Assembly: GCF_009914755.1 (NCBI RefSeq)
Contig: NC_060940.1
Reading direction: 5' to 3' (one strand)
Length of the DNA stretch: 64,000 nt
Source of the DNA: the human T2T-CHM13v2.0 reference genome, Homo sapiens
Below are positions 12,731-30,289 of the stretch, one piece after another. The stretch's first letter is position 1. Every line of letters starts with the position of its first letter. Under the pieces are notes generated by a model that was not told the DNA's origin, did no database searches, and was given only the letters and a program-made list of their open reading frames with translations. The position numbers and the translations under genes were made by a program.

Positions 12731-14456
12731 TCAATACATTTGACTTTGACCATATGTGGTTAGCATTTCTCCATTTCAAGGTTGAGATTAGAGAAGAGGG
12801 TGTCTGTCCTTGGTTCTTCCCCTGAAGAAGCATTTAAGTGTCATACTTCTCCCCTTTGCCCAGGTTCTTGTTGACATAATCGAAGGAGTATGAAAAGAAG
12901 AGAAAAATCTACATTAGCGGTAGAACTAGGGAAGAGTGCCATCCATGAGTGAGACATTCCAGTAACTTCCCCTAGACAGAATACAAAAGGGATCAAAGTC
13001 AAGGGGCATACTGAGAGCTAGTCCAACTCTCCTTCCTAAAATTTCAGTAGAAAACAAATAAAGGAGACCTTGCCAGAACTCCACCATCAGCTAGTTTGGA
13101 AGGGCAATGGCTGGAGGATAGATGACATCTGAGAAATACTGGACTGTGAATTTCTTTTCATTGTTGTTGAACTTTGCAGACTTGGGAAACCCCGGAGAGT
13201 GAGTGGTGATCCGGCACCAGGAAAAAGGCCAACTATTGCCACATCATATGCAAGGAATGAAGACAGGCTAAATAGAAGATGTCAAACTCTGGATGATTGC
13301 TAGATTGGGAAGTTGCAGAATAACTGTATGATGTATGGGTGATTAGCCTACATAGCTCTTAGCATCTCTTTCTAACCCGAGAATGTTCGATTGCATGAAT
13401 TAAACCTAAGTTTAATTCAACTTAGGTTTTAAGTTCTAAACTCAATTGCTCTATAGATTTTGATCAGCTATCTCAAGAGAATAACATGTGCGCTAAAAAC
13501 ATGCATTCAGAGAGAGTGAGGGATTAATGTCAGTTCTAATGCAACACATATCTGGTCACTGTATGCTAGGTAATGGGAATCTGGAGATAAAGGATATATC
13601 ATTATGTTTTAGAGAGGCTCAGAATTAGATGGAGAAGAAAAGACACATTGGGTTATAGAGTGATTAAATGCTCTAATAGACCACTGTGATGAAGGGTAAT
13701 TAATCTGCCTAAGGGAAAGCTACAGAGAGGAAATAATTTTTGAACTGGGCCTTGAGTATTAACTCATGGTACTATTTCATCAGACATTATGAGGAGAGCA
13801 AATAATCTAGTATGATTGAAATATGAGGTGAATAAAGGGAATGATAGGTCATTAAGGTGGAAAGGTTGGCTAGAGCCAAGTTGTTTGCCCTGCTAAAGAA
13901 CTTGTACTTTATTCTGCAGAAGGTGGGAAGCCATTGAATCAATTTCTTACAACATCACTCTTGCAACAGAGTCAAAAGAAGACCTCTAGGCAAGATGGTA
14001 GACTGGGTGCATGCAACGATCTCAACCCTCCAATGCAAACACATAGAAATGATCAATAAAATACTTTGGAAATATATAAATGTACTAAAATAAGCATAAA
14101 AATAATAGAAATCCCTCCCTTACTAATACCCTGCTAAAATACTTCCATTGATCAAAGTGCAAGGGAAGCCCACTGAGTTAAGTGAAGTTTATGCTACCAG
14201 CTGAGAAAGGAACAGAATACCAATTCCTATAGAAAATGGAAACTGAATGTTTACCACACATGATCAGAGGTGAGGATCCTGTCTCTCTGAATGAAGCCAG
14301 GGGCTGGATTTATGTACCCTGACCCAAGTTATATACAGTATATATATATATATTCAATTCAATATATATATTATATATATATTTGGGTCAGGGTACATAA
14401 TATATACATAAATATATACATACACATATATATATATGTATATATATATATTTACT

Positions 14457-14706
14457 TTTTGAGACAGGGTCTCACTCTGTCACCTGGGCTGGACTGCAGT
14501 GATGTGGGTGATTCTCCCATCTGAGCCTCCCACATAGCTGGGACTATAGGTAGGCACCACATGCCCAGCTAAATTTCATATGTTTTTGTGGAGACAGGGT
14601 TTCACCGTGTTGCCCAGGCTAATCTTGAATTCCTGGACTCAAGTGATTCTCTCACCTTGACCTCGCAAAATGCTGGGATTATAGGTGCAAGCCACTGTGC
14701 CTTGCT
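14457..14706 (-). mobile_element. AluJ with internal deletion and an adjacent TA-rich tract
   Basis: Antisense AluJ. Confidence 0.85.
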
Positions 14707-14892
14707 TTAAAATAATGTTTTTAAATGCATAAAATGAAATATATTAAGAAAACTAATTATATTGAAATACAGTTTTCAAAATACGAAAAGGAACCCCAAT
14801 CTGCAATATGATAATACTTGTGCTTTTAATTAACACATTATTTGAGAAGGATCTAGCATTGGATCTACTTTCAGTAAAATGATTTGAAAATA

Positions 14893-15245
<353 letters not shown>

Positions 15246-16010
15246 TCATATTCAAAATTCAAATTCACCCCTCACATAAGGCCTCTATGAAATCATTTCT
15301 TATGCTGATCCAACAGATTCTGTGCACCTGGCAGTGGTGGGGAAGTGGGTATCCAATGACTATATGAGTAGTCTACTCATATAGTAGACTATATGAGTAT
15401 TGAGTACAGAGAATACTCAATAAATGTTCATCAATGAATGAATGAATGAGTGAACAAATAAATGGAGTTGATCACCTGAGAAACAGAGGAAAATATTCTC
15501 TCCTGCCCGTACATTTCCTATCTGTCTTCCTTCTTATTTCTTTTTATCTGTCACTCATGTATGTATGCATTCACTACACTATTTATTGAACAGCTACTAC
15601 ATGAAAGACACTAGGATTTGTAGATGATGCCAAGATGAATAAATAAGATGTGAATCTGGCCCTAAAAGAGGACATAGCCTGACATATGGTGGAAACCCAG
15701 AAAAACCTCACCTGTGTTCAGCATGTGACCATTTTTATCCATTGCCTATTTTTTTTTTCCTTAAGATTTCCCATAAAACTTAAGAAACCATCAAGGCGAA
15801 TTTCAAAGTTGGCAATAATGAAATAGCAGCCGGGTTGCAGTATCTGAAAAAAAAAAACCTGTCACACACAGGGCTTGTTCTAACCATGCAATTTGCAGAG
15901 CTGAGTTTGGAAGAAGTAGGTCAGTTTGCAGAGTTAGCTGCCATAAGATTCTGCAAACAGCTGCCTTAGCTGGAACCTATGTTTGCGAGGGAAAAATCAC
16001 AGATGGGACC

Positions 16011-16312
16011 TTTTTTTTTTTTTTTCTGAGACTCAGTCTCGCTCTGTCACCAGGTGCCAGCCTGGAGCCCAGTGGCCGATCTCGGCTCACTGCAACCTCC
16101 GCCTCCTGGGTTCAAGCAATTCTCCTGCCTCAGCCTCCTGAGTAGCTGGGACTACAGGCACGCACCACCACACCCAGCTAATTTTTGTATTTTTAGTATA
16201 GACGGGGTTTCACCATGTTGGCCAGGATGGTCTAGATCTCTGGACCTTGTGATCTGCCCTCCTTGGCCTCCCAAAGTGCTAGGATTATAGGCGTGAGCCA
16301 CTGCGCCTAGCC
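16011..16312 (-). mobile_element. AluSc-like
   Basis: ttggccaggatggtctagatctc; TSD core ggaccttt. Confidence 0.88.
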
Positions 16313-17550
16313 TGGACCTTTCTAAAATATTCCACAGAGAGGTGCTTGCTATTGAATTTTTAAAATATTATTTTATGAGATGTTTCCATTCTGACTTATT
16401 AAGAAATAGGTCATTTCTCCCACAAAGTTTGATAACACCTGATTGGTGTGCCAACTTTCTTCTTATGTTACCACAAGACTTTTGATAATGCCTATTCCAC
16501 TGTTTGTTGAAGTCTGCTACACAAGTAAAATTGTGATGCTTGTTGGTTGTAGGGAATACCTCTTCTCCTTCCGTAGTGGTCAGCTAGCCGGTCAAGTGTG
16601 GGTCCACAGCTGAACAGGAAATCTTACCTATTTCCCACTTTCTTGGTAGAGAAGTCCATGATATAAAATAGGGTGCGTAACCTACAGTCCACAGGCTACA
16701 GCCTGTTTTGTAAATAAACTTTTATTTGAACACAGCCACACTCATTCATGGCCTAAAATACTTGCTATCTAACCTTTTATAGAAAAAGTTTGCAATCCCT
16801 AGATTTAGAAGGCCAACAGTTCAGGTGTGTCCTTCTGCTCATGAGGTGGCTGAGGATCCCAGGACACATGTAGGGATGGTGAAAATCCACACAGTGGGCT
16901 GGCTTAATTCAAATTTCCCTCTTCTTTTTCAATCTTAAGCCTTATACAGATGCTATCCCAGAGGGTATCAAAGTCTGCTCCATCTACAGAGGAAGTATTT
17001 TTATCTTGTTGAAGGGATAGATGGAATAAGACAAGTTCTTCAATGACCATAAAACAAAGATGAAAGTCATAAGAGAGATACAGAGAAGAGTACTTTGGGA
17101 ACTCAGTGTGGGAAAAACTACTTTAGACTTAGAGGCGTAGAGAAAGCTTTGCAGGAAAAATAAGGGTATTGAATCCAGGCTTTTTAGCAGAAATAGAATC
17201 TGAACAAGAACCTCATAAAAAAAGGTCAGGAGATACATGTGATCTGTGAGAACTTGGGAAAATCACCCAAGACCCAAGTCTTGGGTCTTCTACATCCACT
17301 TTATCAATGCACCCAATAAAGTTTCATTAATTTTCTAAGTCACAGGCATGGCATTATAAAGATCCAAAAACAGTAGATGACCTCTTTTCCTCTCGCTTCT
17401 CTCATTTTCCAAAGTCTTGCCCAAAATGATCCAAAGAGTATATAAAGAGATCAGCAAAGGAAAGCAGGGAAGATGGCACACATCTGCTATGACTTCAAGG
17501 AATTTCTTCTAGAGTTAGAGAAGCCATGACTAGATTAAAAGAGGGCAGCA

Positions 17551-18727
17551 GTGTTTGGTTTTCTGTCCTTGTGATAGTTTGCTGAGAACGATGGTTTCCA
17601 GCTCCATCCATGTCCCTGCAAAGGACATGAACTCATTCTTTTTACAGCTGAATAGTATTCCATGGTGTATATGTGCCACATTTTCTTTTTTTTTCTTTTG
17701 GTATGATACCAGTTTTATTCTAAAGTATGCATATTCACACAACAGAGTAAATCCTGCAAGTGTATAAATCAAATGTTAAGTTTGCATGATTGAAAATTAT
17801 TTACATTTTCCATGAGATTCTGTTCTTACATTTTCCATGAGAGTCTGTTCTTACATTTTTCCAAATGGTCAATAAATATTCATAAAATTCAAAAAAAAGT
17901 GATATTTAAATAAGCATATGCTTGATCAAAATACATTTGACCATTTATTCAACAAATGTCTATATAGAGTAGTGATTAAAAAGATAGCTCAAGTTCTTAA
18001 TTCGACCTTGGGTGGGTTACTTTTTATTTTATTTTATTTTATTTTATTTTATTTTTATTATACTTTAAGTTCTAGGGTACGTGTGCACAAGTGCAGGTTT
18101 GTCTCATATATATACATGTGCCATGTTGGTGTGCTGCATCCATTAACTCGTCATTTACATTAGGTATTTCTCCTAATGCTATCCCTGCCCCAGCCCCCCA
18201 CCCTATGACAGGCCCTGGTGTGTGATGTTCCCCACCTTGTGTCCAATTGTTCTCATTGTTCAGTTCTCACCTATGAGTGAGAACATGTGGTGTTTGGTTT
18301 TCTGTTCTTCTGTTAGTTTGCTCAGAATTATGGTTTCCAGCTTCATCCACGTCCCTACAAAGGACACGAACTCATGCTTTTTTATGGCTGCATAGTATTC
18401 CATGGTGCATATGTACCACATTTTCTTAATCCAGTCTATCATTGATGGACATTTGGGTTGGTTCCAAGTAAACACTGCATGTTCTCACTCATAGATGGGA
18501 GTTGAACAATGAGAACACATGGACACAGGGCAGGGAACATCACACACCGGGGCTGGTTGGGGGGTGGGGGGCTGGGGAAGGAATAGCATTAGGGGAAATA
18601 CCTAATGTAAATGATGAGATGATAGGTGCAGTAAACCAACATGGCACATGTATACCTATGTAACAAACCTGCAGGTTCTGCACATGAACCGTAGAACTTA
18701 AAGTATAATTAAAAAAAAAAAAAAAAA
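17551..18727. mobile_element. Compound L1PA insertion: 5'-inverted (twin-primed) element containing a second L1 3' end and transduced DNA
   Basis: TSD aaa(a/g)gagggcagca at 17537-17550 and 18725-18738; antisense L1 17551-17687 and 18021-18469; sense L1 3' end 18470-18727. Confidence 0.8.
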
Positions 18728-19202
18728 GGAGGGCAGCATGGGCCACAAGAAGAGATGTGGAAAGTTAGAACAGCAGAGCTGCACTGCTTCTCCAGTTTCC
18801 AGAGGTGATGTCTAGGAGGGAGGATAAATCATGGTGTGCATGGGAAGTACTGCAGGTGAATTGCATTCACCTGTCAAGAGCAGCTGCCTCCATGGTCAAA
18901 GATGGTGACAACCAATGGGAAGCTGGCGAGCAGCAAGTCTTCTCCATGACATGATGTAATTTTTTCCTGATAGAGTGGGTGGTGTCACTAGGATGATTAG
19001 CAAAGCCGCATTGTGTACTTGAAGCTGAGATCAAGTTGCATAGAATATAAAATAAAATAAAAATGACTGGTGCTCAGCTCACTATCTTCACTAAACGCAA
19101 AGTCAAAACAGGGCAGAGATCTCCAGCAGTACCTGGCTTTCTATACAATCCAATCCGTAACGTTTCTTAGCTGCCTTAACTGATCACTAAAAAAATCATG
19201 AT

Positions 19203-19437
19203 CTGAGGCAGGGAGATCACCTGAGGTAAGGAGTTCAAGACCAGCCTGGCCAAAATGACAAAACCTGTCTCTACTAAAAAATACAAAAATTTGCTGGGTG
19301 TGGTGGCGCACCTGTAGTCCCAGCTGCTTGGGAGGATGAGGTACAAGAATCGCTTGAACCTGGGAGGCGGAGATTTTAGTGAGCTGAGATTGTGCCACTG
19401 CACTCCAGCCTGGGGAAGAGAGTGAGAAAAAAAAAAT
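19203..19437 (+). mobile_element. AluS, 5'-truncated
   Basis: Begins at ctgaggcagggagatcacctgagg. Confidence 0.88.
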
Positions 19438-20579
19438 TTACGATTCTACAAAAGCCTGCAGTCAGACAATAGAGGTTAAGAAGGTTCCCTCTCAGTATTT
19501 TTTCACAGATATTAGGCAAAGATAGAAATATCTTTTATCAAACCTAAAAAGTCAGAAAAGGAACTTGAATTCCACGGAAAGATATTTCATTGTAAATAGG
19601 AAAAGAAAATTCAAAAGAGAGTATCTTAGGAAAAATGGAAGTACATTTTAGATAGCATGTATTTTCTGCTCTCTCTGAAGTGAAAGTAGAAATACAGGAA
19701 GTTATCACAGTAGTCTAAGATGAAAAGTTGTAGCCTGAGATAAAGGGAAAATATAAGGAAACCAATAATGGTAGTGCAGAATTTTAAATTGCCTTAGAAA
19801 ACTAAATCAGTGCTGTCTATTATAAACTTGGGAGGCTCTAGAATGCAAAGTACCAAAAAAAGTGATGAAAATGATGAGAGAGAACATTATAACTTATGTC
19901 TAGAGGACAGAGAATGGAGATTCATGATATAGAGAACTGGTCTTTGGGAGAAAGATAGAGGAATAAATGTTATATAACAATCAAAGACGAAATTGAATAC
20001 AGCATTCCTGAACTAAAGAAAGAACTGAACCTACTGAGGCATGGGGTTCAGCTAGTTGTGGGCAAATTTAACAGAAAGAAACCAACTCTGAGGTGTCTTT
20101 ATTTTTATATATGTAAGTTTAAGGATAAAGAAAGAATTCTATAAGCATAAAGTCTGTATGAAAATAGTTACCTACAAAGGCAGTTTATTAGACTGGTAGC
20201 ATTTTTTTAACAGGTCCCTTATGCTCCCTTTTCCCTTTCTCATTCTTGAAAAAGAAGAAATCTGTCCAGGCCCCAACCACCATCGTTCCCTCCTGAATCT
20301 TTGCATAGCTCTTTAACCGTCTCCTGGCATCTCCCTTCACCTAGCTCCCACAATTTGTCTTTCACACAGCAGCCACAGAGATTCCTTGTTTATAAACACA
20401 CCAGGTAAAAACGGTTTTTTTCTGCTTACCTTTGTGGTCTCTAAATCTCATCCATCCATCCATCTATCCATCCATCCATCCATGCATCCAAAAAATATTC
20501 ATTATGGACCTTACTCTGTGCCAGGTACTGTTCTAGGCACTGCAGATATATCAGTGCACAGAAAAGATGAAACTTCTAC

Positions 20580-20906
20580 TTTCGTGTTTGTTTGCTTGTT
20601 TGTTGTTTTTGGGTTTTTTTAGACAAATTCTCACTCTGTTGCCCAGGATTGAGGGCAGTGGTGTGATCATAGCTCGCTGCAGCCTTCAACTCCTAGGCTC
20701 AAGTGATCCTCCTGCCTCAGCCTCCTGAGTAGCTGGGACTACAGATATGTACCACCAAGTCCAATATATTTTTTATTTTTTGTAGAGATGTCAATGCAGA
20801 ATTTGCTATGTTATTCAGGCTGGTCCTGAACTCCTGGGCTGAAGCAATTCTCCCACCTTGTCCTCCCAAAGTGCTGGGATTACAGGCATGAAACACTGTG
20901 CCTGGC
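20580..20906 (-). mobile_element. AluJ
   Basis: Antisense dimer; TSD core ctactttt. Confidence 0.88.
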
Positions 20907-21424
20907 TACTTTTATAGAACTTAAAATGCTTTTTAGGAACTTTCTCGTAGAAGGAGGACAATAATGAACAAATATTAACAAATAAATAAGAAATAAATTA
21001 ACAAAGAAATGTATGGCATATTATGTGTAACAAGTGCTAAGGAAGAACAACAAAGAAGACTAAAGAGAGAATATAGAATGGAGAAAGGAGCAAAGAGTGC
21101 TCCTCTGAGAAGTTGCACAGAAATCCAAATGGACTGAGGGAACAACCCAGACAGACATCTCCGAGAAGAATGAACTGTGAGTATAAATGACTTGAACTAG
21201 AAATGTGCTTGCTTGGAGCACTAGAAGCAGAGCAAGAAGGACTGTGTGGCCGAAGCAGAGTGAGTGAGGGGAGAGTGGGTAGGATGGGCGCTTAGACACG
21301 CAGGTAGGTAGGGGTTAGATCACTAGGGCCTCCAGACAGTGGTAAGGGTTTTTGAATTTTATATCTGAGTGAGATAGGAACCAACTGTAGCATTTTAGCA
21401 GAAGAGTGACATGATCTGACTATA

Positions 21425-21704
21425 TTTTGTATTTTATTTTAGTTAGGGTCTTGTTGTGTCACCCAGCCTGGAGTGTAGAGGTGCAATCATAGCTGACTGC
21501 AGCCTCAAACTCCTGGGCTCAAGCGATCCTCCCACCTCAGGGTCCTGAGTAGCTGGGACTACAGGCACACACTTGGCTAATTTTGTATTATTGGTAGAGA
21601 CAGGGTGTTGCCCAGGCAGGCCTGGGACTCCTGGCCTCAAGCAATTCTCCTTCCTCGGCCTCCCAAAGTGCTGGGATTACAAGTGTGAGCCACCATGCCT
21701 GGCC
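21425..21704 (-). mobile_element. AluJ
   Basis: Antisense dimer; TSD like tgacta(t/a)(a/c)attt. Confidence 0.85.
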
Positions 21705-21952
21705 TTGACTAACATTTTAAAGGAGGCAGGTGAGGGGACACAGGGAGATCATTAGGGAGCTACTGCAATGATCCAGGAGGGAGATCATGCTGGATTGGAT
21801 ATGATAAGATTTTCCCAAACTTTTAAGTAAAGGGCAGGGTGCACCAATCCTGTTTTGTGCCCTTCTATTCAGCTCTCTCCTCATGAACGCCTATCCCCTG
21901 AAGTGGCATCTTCCTCCTATTCCCATTGCCAGGTTCCACATCTATGAACTAA

Positions 21953-22390
<438 letters not shown>

Positions 22391-23663
22391 TAAATGTGGA
22401 AATGTGTTGGGCAGATCTTCAAGGTTGGTTGACCAGTCCTCTTATGGTTGCAGCCCACCTTGCCCCTCACGCTTGTGATCAAGGTGACCTACTGGACTTA
22501 ACACAAGCTCTTTTATCTTTTTTAGATGTTCTTGCTTTCATAAGTCAACATAAATGAAAACCTGAGCAGCTTGTATTTTTTTGTTAATACAGATCAATTT
22601 GCCCCATAACTGAATTCAAGTCTGCCTAGATTCAGGCATTACAAATTTTATCTTTTTTTTCTTTCTATATTCATCTTCAGTGTCTTCACAGTGTTTAGAG
22701 AGAAGATAGGAGAGCCCGTACCTGAAGCTGTTAGCCATTCACCATATTAAAACAGGCATTACAAAGACTGTACAAAGTAAAATAGTAGAGGCTATCCCAC
22801 TGCACTCAGGAACAAGAAAAGAATGGCAGCAATTATCACTGTTACAGGCATTTCCACAGCAGAACAAGTTTTCAGAATAAGAAATGGATATATATGATAT
22901 ATGACTAATTAGTTAGGAAACACAATTTCTACCATGTGGCCCACTAGAGTTTTAACAAAATTTCTATTCTGTATGAACCAATAGGGAAAAGGCTGTTGTG
23001 GAGACCAGAGACATAAATATGCTTTATTTTAGAGATAGGCTGTTCTTTCTATGCTGCATTATTTTTTCTTTTGGTTGTAATATATCAATCAAGAACTTCA
23101 AATTCAAGGTCGTAGATGATAGAGGATACCAAGATGTAGCCAAGTACGTAGACTGAAGAACAAATCAAAAAGTGCTTAGGTCTGTTTTTGTACATCTTAA
23201 TCTGGCGTTTTTAGCTTATAATAACAAAAACACAATCAAAGCATTAGTCTTTAAATCCCTTCAGGACAAAACGCATTATTGTAAATCTAATACTTTCTAG
23301 CTCCATGATTACCTTTTCTAAAGGGATTTCCTTATACAAGTAAATTTACAAATTTTTAAAACTTTGATGAGATGTTTAAAACACAACTCAGTTATAGCAA
23401 AGCATATGATACATTGTTTTCAAGCTTCTTGCCAATATAATAAGACAAGAAAAGACAAATTGTCAGTATATATTTTGGAAAAGCAGAAACACAGTTATTA
23501 TTTTTAAGTGATTGGAAAATCTACTTGGAAAACTCTTGATAACCAAGTTAAAAACTAATTAGATTAATATGAATGTCCAATAATGTGGCTAAACACAAGA
23601 GAAATATCAAAAATTAAAAAGTTTTAGATACGAATGAAAAAAATCAGTGAGAAAATTGAGTGA

Positions 23664-27118
<3,455 letters not shown>

Positions 27119-27985
27119 TTAATGAAGAGATATATCAAGTTCTTGGGTAGAAAGATGGAATTACATAGATTTCCATTTAATTTCCTAACATTAATCTTTA
27201 AGTTTCGGGAAATCCCAATACACATACAAATATAGATTTTTAGAGGCTAGGGGAATGACAACATAATTTTATAGCTCATTTGAAAGAAGATATAGGATTA
27301 CAACAGAGTATTTTGAAAAAGAAATGCAATACGGTACACCCTAAGTATTTAATCTGTATGGTGCATATTGAGACCAATAGATCCTTGGATCAGAATAGAA
27401 AGCATAGAAATAGAATTAAGTACAAATAAATATTTATTACCAAAGATGCTGGTATTTTAAATAAGTAAAAAGATAGTACAGTATTCAATAAATGACTGGG
27501 GTTAATTATTGGGGAAGACATTTAAATTCCTATCTAATACTGCGCACCAAAAAATTCCATATAGATTAAGAAATTAAAAGGAAAAAGTTAAAACATAAAA
27601 CTATGTGAAGAAAATATTAGTAAATATGTTATATAAAGTTTAGTGAGGGACCTTGCTTGAATACAGCACTATATCGGCATACTATAACTCCATGCCAGCT
27701 GTTAGATATTTTGAATATCATCTCTAATGAAAATTCAGAGATATCTGAGATGGTTGGTGACCTGGATATGGTAGGTTTCAGAAAATTATTCATGAGAGAC
27801 TGAGAGGCTTCCCTGGGAGTGATTCAATCATTGGAAAAATAAGTCAGGCATGATAATCTTGACCCTGTATCTAGGGATGGCATTTGTAGTTAAGGATTGC
27901 TTGGGGATCCAATGTGGTGGCTATCACAAGAGTTTGTCTCTATTTAGCCCTGTGGACCAATTACCAGGTCTGGGTAGAAAGAGCA

Positions 27986-28350
27986 TGATATGGTTTGGCT
28001 CTGTGTCCCCACCTAAATCTCACCTTGAATTCTAATCCCCATAATCCCCACGTGTCAAAGGCAGGACCTGCTGGAGGTAATTGAATCATGGGAGCGGTTT
28101 CCCCCATGCTATTCTTGTGATAATGAGTGAGTCTCATGAGATCTAAGGGTTTTATAAGTGTCTGGCATTTTCCCTGCTTACACTCATTCTCTCTCTTGCT
28201 GCCCTGTGAAGAGGTATCTTCTGCCATGATTATAAGTTTCCTGAGGCCTCCCTAGCCATGTGGAACTGTGAGTCAATTAAACCTCTTTTCTTTATAAATT
28301 ACCCAATCTCAGGTTACTTCTTCATAGCAGTGTGAGAATGCACTAATAGA
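27986..28350 (+). mobile_element. THE1 solo LTR
   Basis: tgatatggtttggctctgtgtcccc...cactaataga; TSD gagca/gatca. Confidence 0.9.
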
Positions 28351-28870
28351 GATCAGTAAACAAAAACTGCAGGAGGTATTTCACCAAAACTTACAAAACA
28401 ATGAGGCACCAGCAGTCCCATTTTGGTGTCATTTATAGCTGAATGAAACACAAAAATGGATGCGTGTAGGGGAGATTGATGGATGTTTTGAGTTGGGATA
28501 GGCTAGAGAAAGCAGCAATAATAAATGGTCCCCAAAGTCTCAGTAACTTATAAGAACAAACGTTTATTTCTTGCTCACGTTATCTGTCCATCATTACTCA
28601 GCTGCAGTTCTGTAACATCATGTCTTTATCCAGGAGTCAGGTAAATTGAATATCCTTTGTTGGGGCCACTACAGCTCTCACGGCAAACAGAAAAAAAAAA
28701 ACACAGTAAACACACAGTGTCTTACCATGAAAGTGACACTTACATTTACCTTTCCCTGGCCAGAGTATGTCACATGACAAAGCCTGCAGTCCATGGAATA
28801 AGGAAGTACAGCTTGCCCACAGGGAGGCGTGCTGCTGGCAGGGGTACAGCAACATTTTAAAAATAATTTC

Positions 28871-29195
<325 letters not shown>

Positions 29196-29198
29196 ATT

Positions 29199-30285
29199 TC
29201 AGCTTTTATTTTAGATTCAGGGGTCACATGTGCAGGTTTGTTACATGGGTATATCGTGTGACACTGAGGTTGGGGATACAAGTGATCCTGTCACCCAGGT
29301 AGTGAGCATAGTACCCAGTGCTGAGCTCCCACCTATAAGTGAGAACATGTAGTATTTGGTTTTCTGTTCCTGTGTTAGTTCACTTGGGATAATGGCCTCC
29401 AGTTGCATCCATCTTCCTGCAAAGGACATGATTTCATTCTTTTTTATGGCTGCATGGTATTCCACAGTGTCAATGTATCACATTTTCTTTATTCGATCCA
29501 CCATTGATGGGCGCCTAGATTGATTTCATGTCTTTGCTATTGTGAACAGTGCTGTGATGAACATATGAGTGCATGTGTCTTTTCGGCAGAACAATTTGTT
29601 TTCTTTTGGATACATACCAGGTAATGGGATTACTGGGTCAAATGGTAGTCCGGTTTCAAGTTCTTCGAGAAATCTCCAAACTACTTTCCACAGTGGCTGA
29701 ACTAATTTACATTACCACTAACAGTATGTAAGCATTTCCTTTCCTCAGCAGCCTCACCGACATCTGTTGTTTTTTTAGCTTTGTAAGGGTAGCCATTCTG
29801 ACTGGTGTGAGATGATTTCTCACTGTGGCTTTGATTTGCATTTCTCTGATTATTGGTGATGTTGAGCATTTTTTCATGTTTTATCTTCTTTTGAGAAGTG
29901 CCTGTTTGTGTGTCTTTACCCACTTTTTTTTAAATTATACTTTAAGTTTTAGGGTACATGTGCACAACGTGCAGGTTAGTTACATATGTATACATGTGCC
30001 ATGTTGGTGTGCTGCACCCATTAACTCGTCATTTAACATTAGGTATATCTCCTAATGCTATCCCTCCCCCCTCCCCCCACCCCACAACAGGCCTCGGTGT
30101 GTGATGTTCCCCTTCCTGTGTCCATGTGTTCTCATTGTTCAATTTCAATTCCCACCTATGAGTGAGAACATGCGGTGTTTGGTTTTTCTTGCTTGTTGAA
30201 TTGTTTAGGTTCTTTATAGATTCTGGATATTAGAACTTTGTCAGATGCATAGTTTGTGACTATTTCCTCCCTTTGGGTATAGAAC
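29199..30285 (-). mobile_element. Older L1 (PA13-16/PB class) 3' fragment
   Basis: ttttattttagattcaggggtcacatgtgcagg; antisense end of ORF2. Confidence 0.85.
29924..30187 (-). mobile_element. Young L1PA (about PA3/PA4) 3' tip nested in the older L1
   Basis: ttatactttaagttttagggtacatgtgcacaacgtgcaggttagttac; CpGs retained. Confidence 0.88.
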
Positions 30286-30289
30286 ATTT

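Larger units (their letters stand above)
20450..21800 (-). mobile_element. L2 remnant interrupted by two AluJ
   Basis: (CATC)n L2 tail, ctctgtgccaggtactgttctaggcactg, gcagaagagtgacatgatctgac. Confidence 0.7.
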
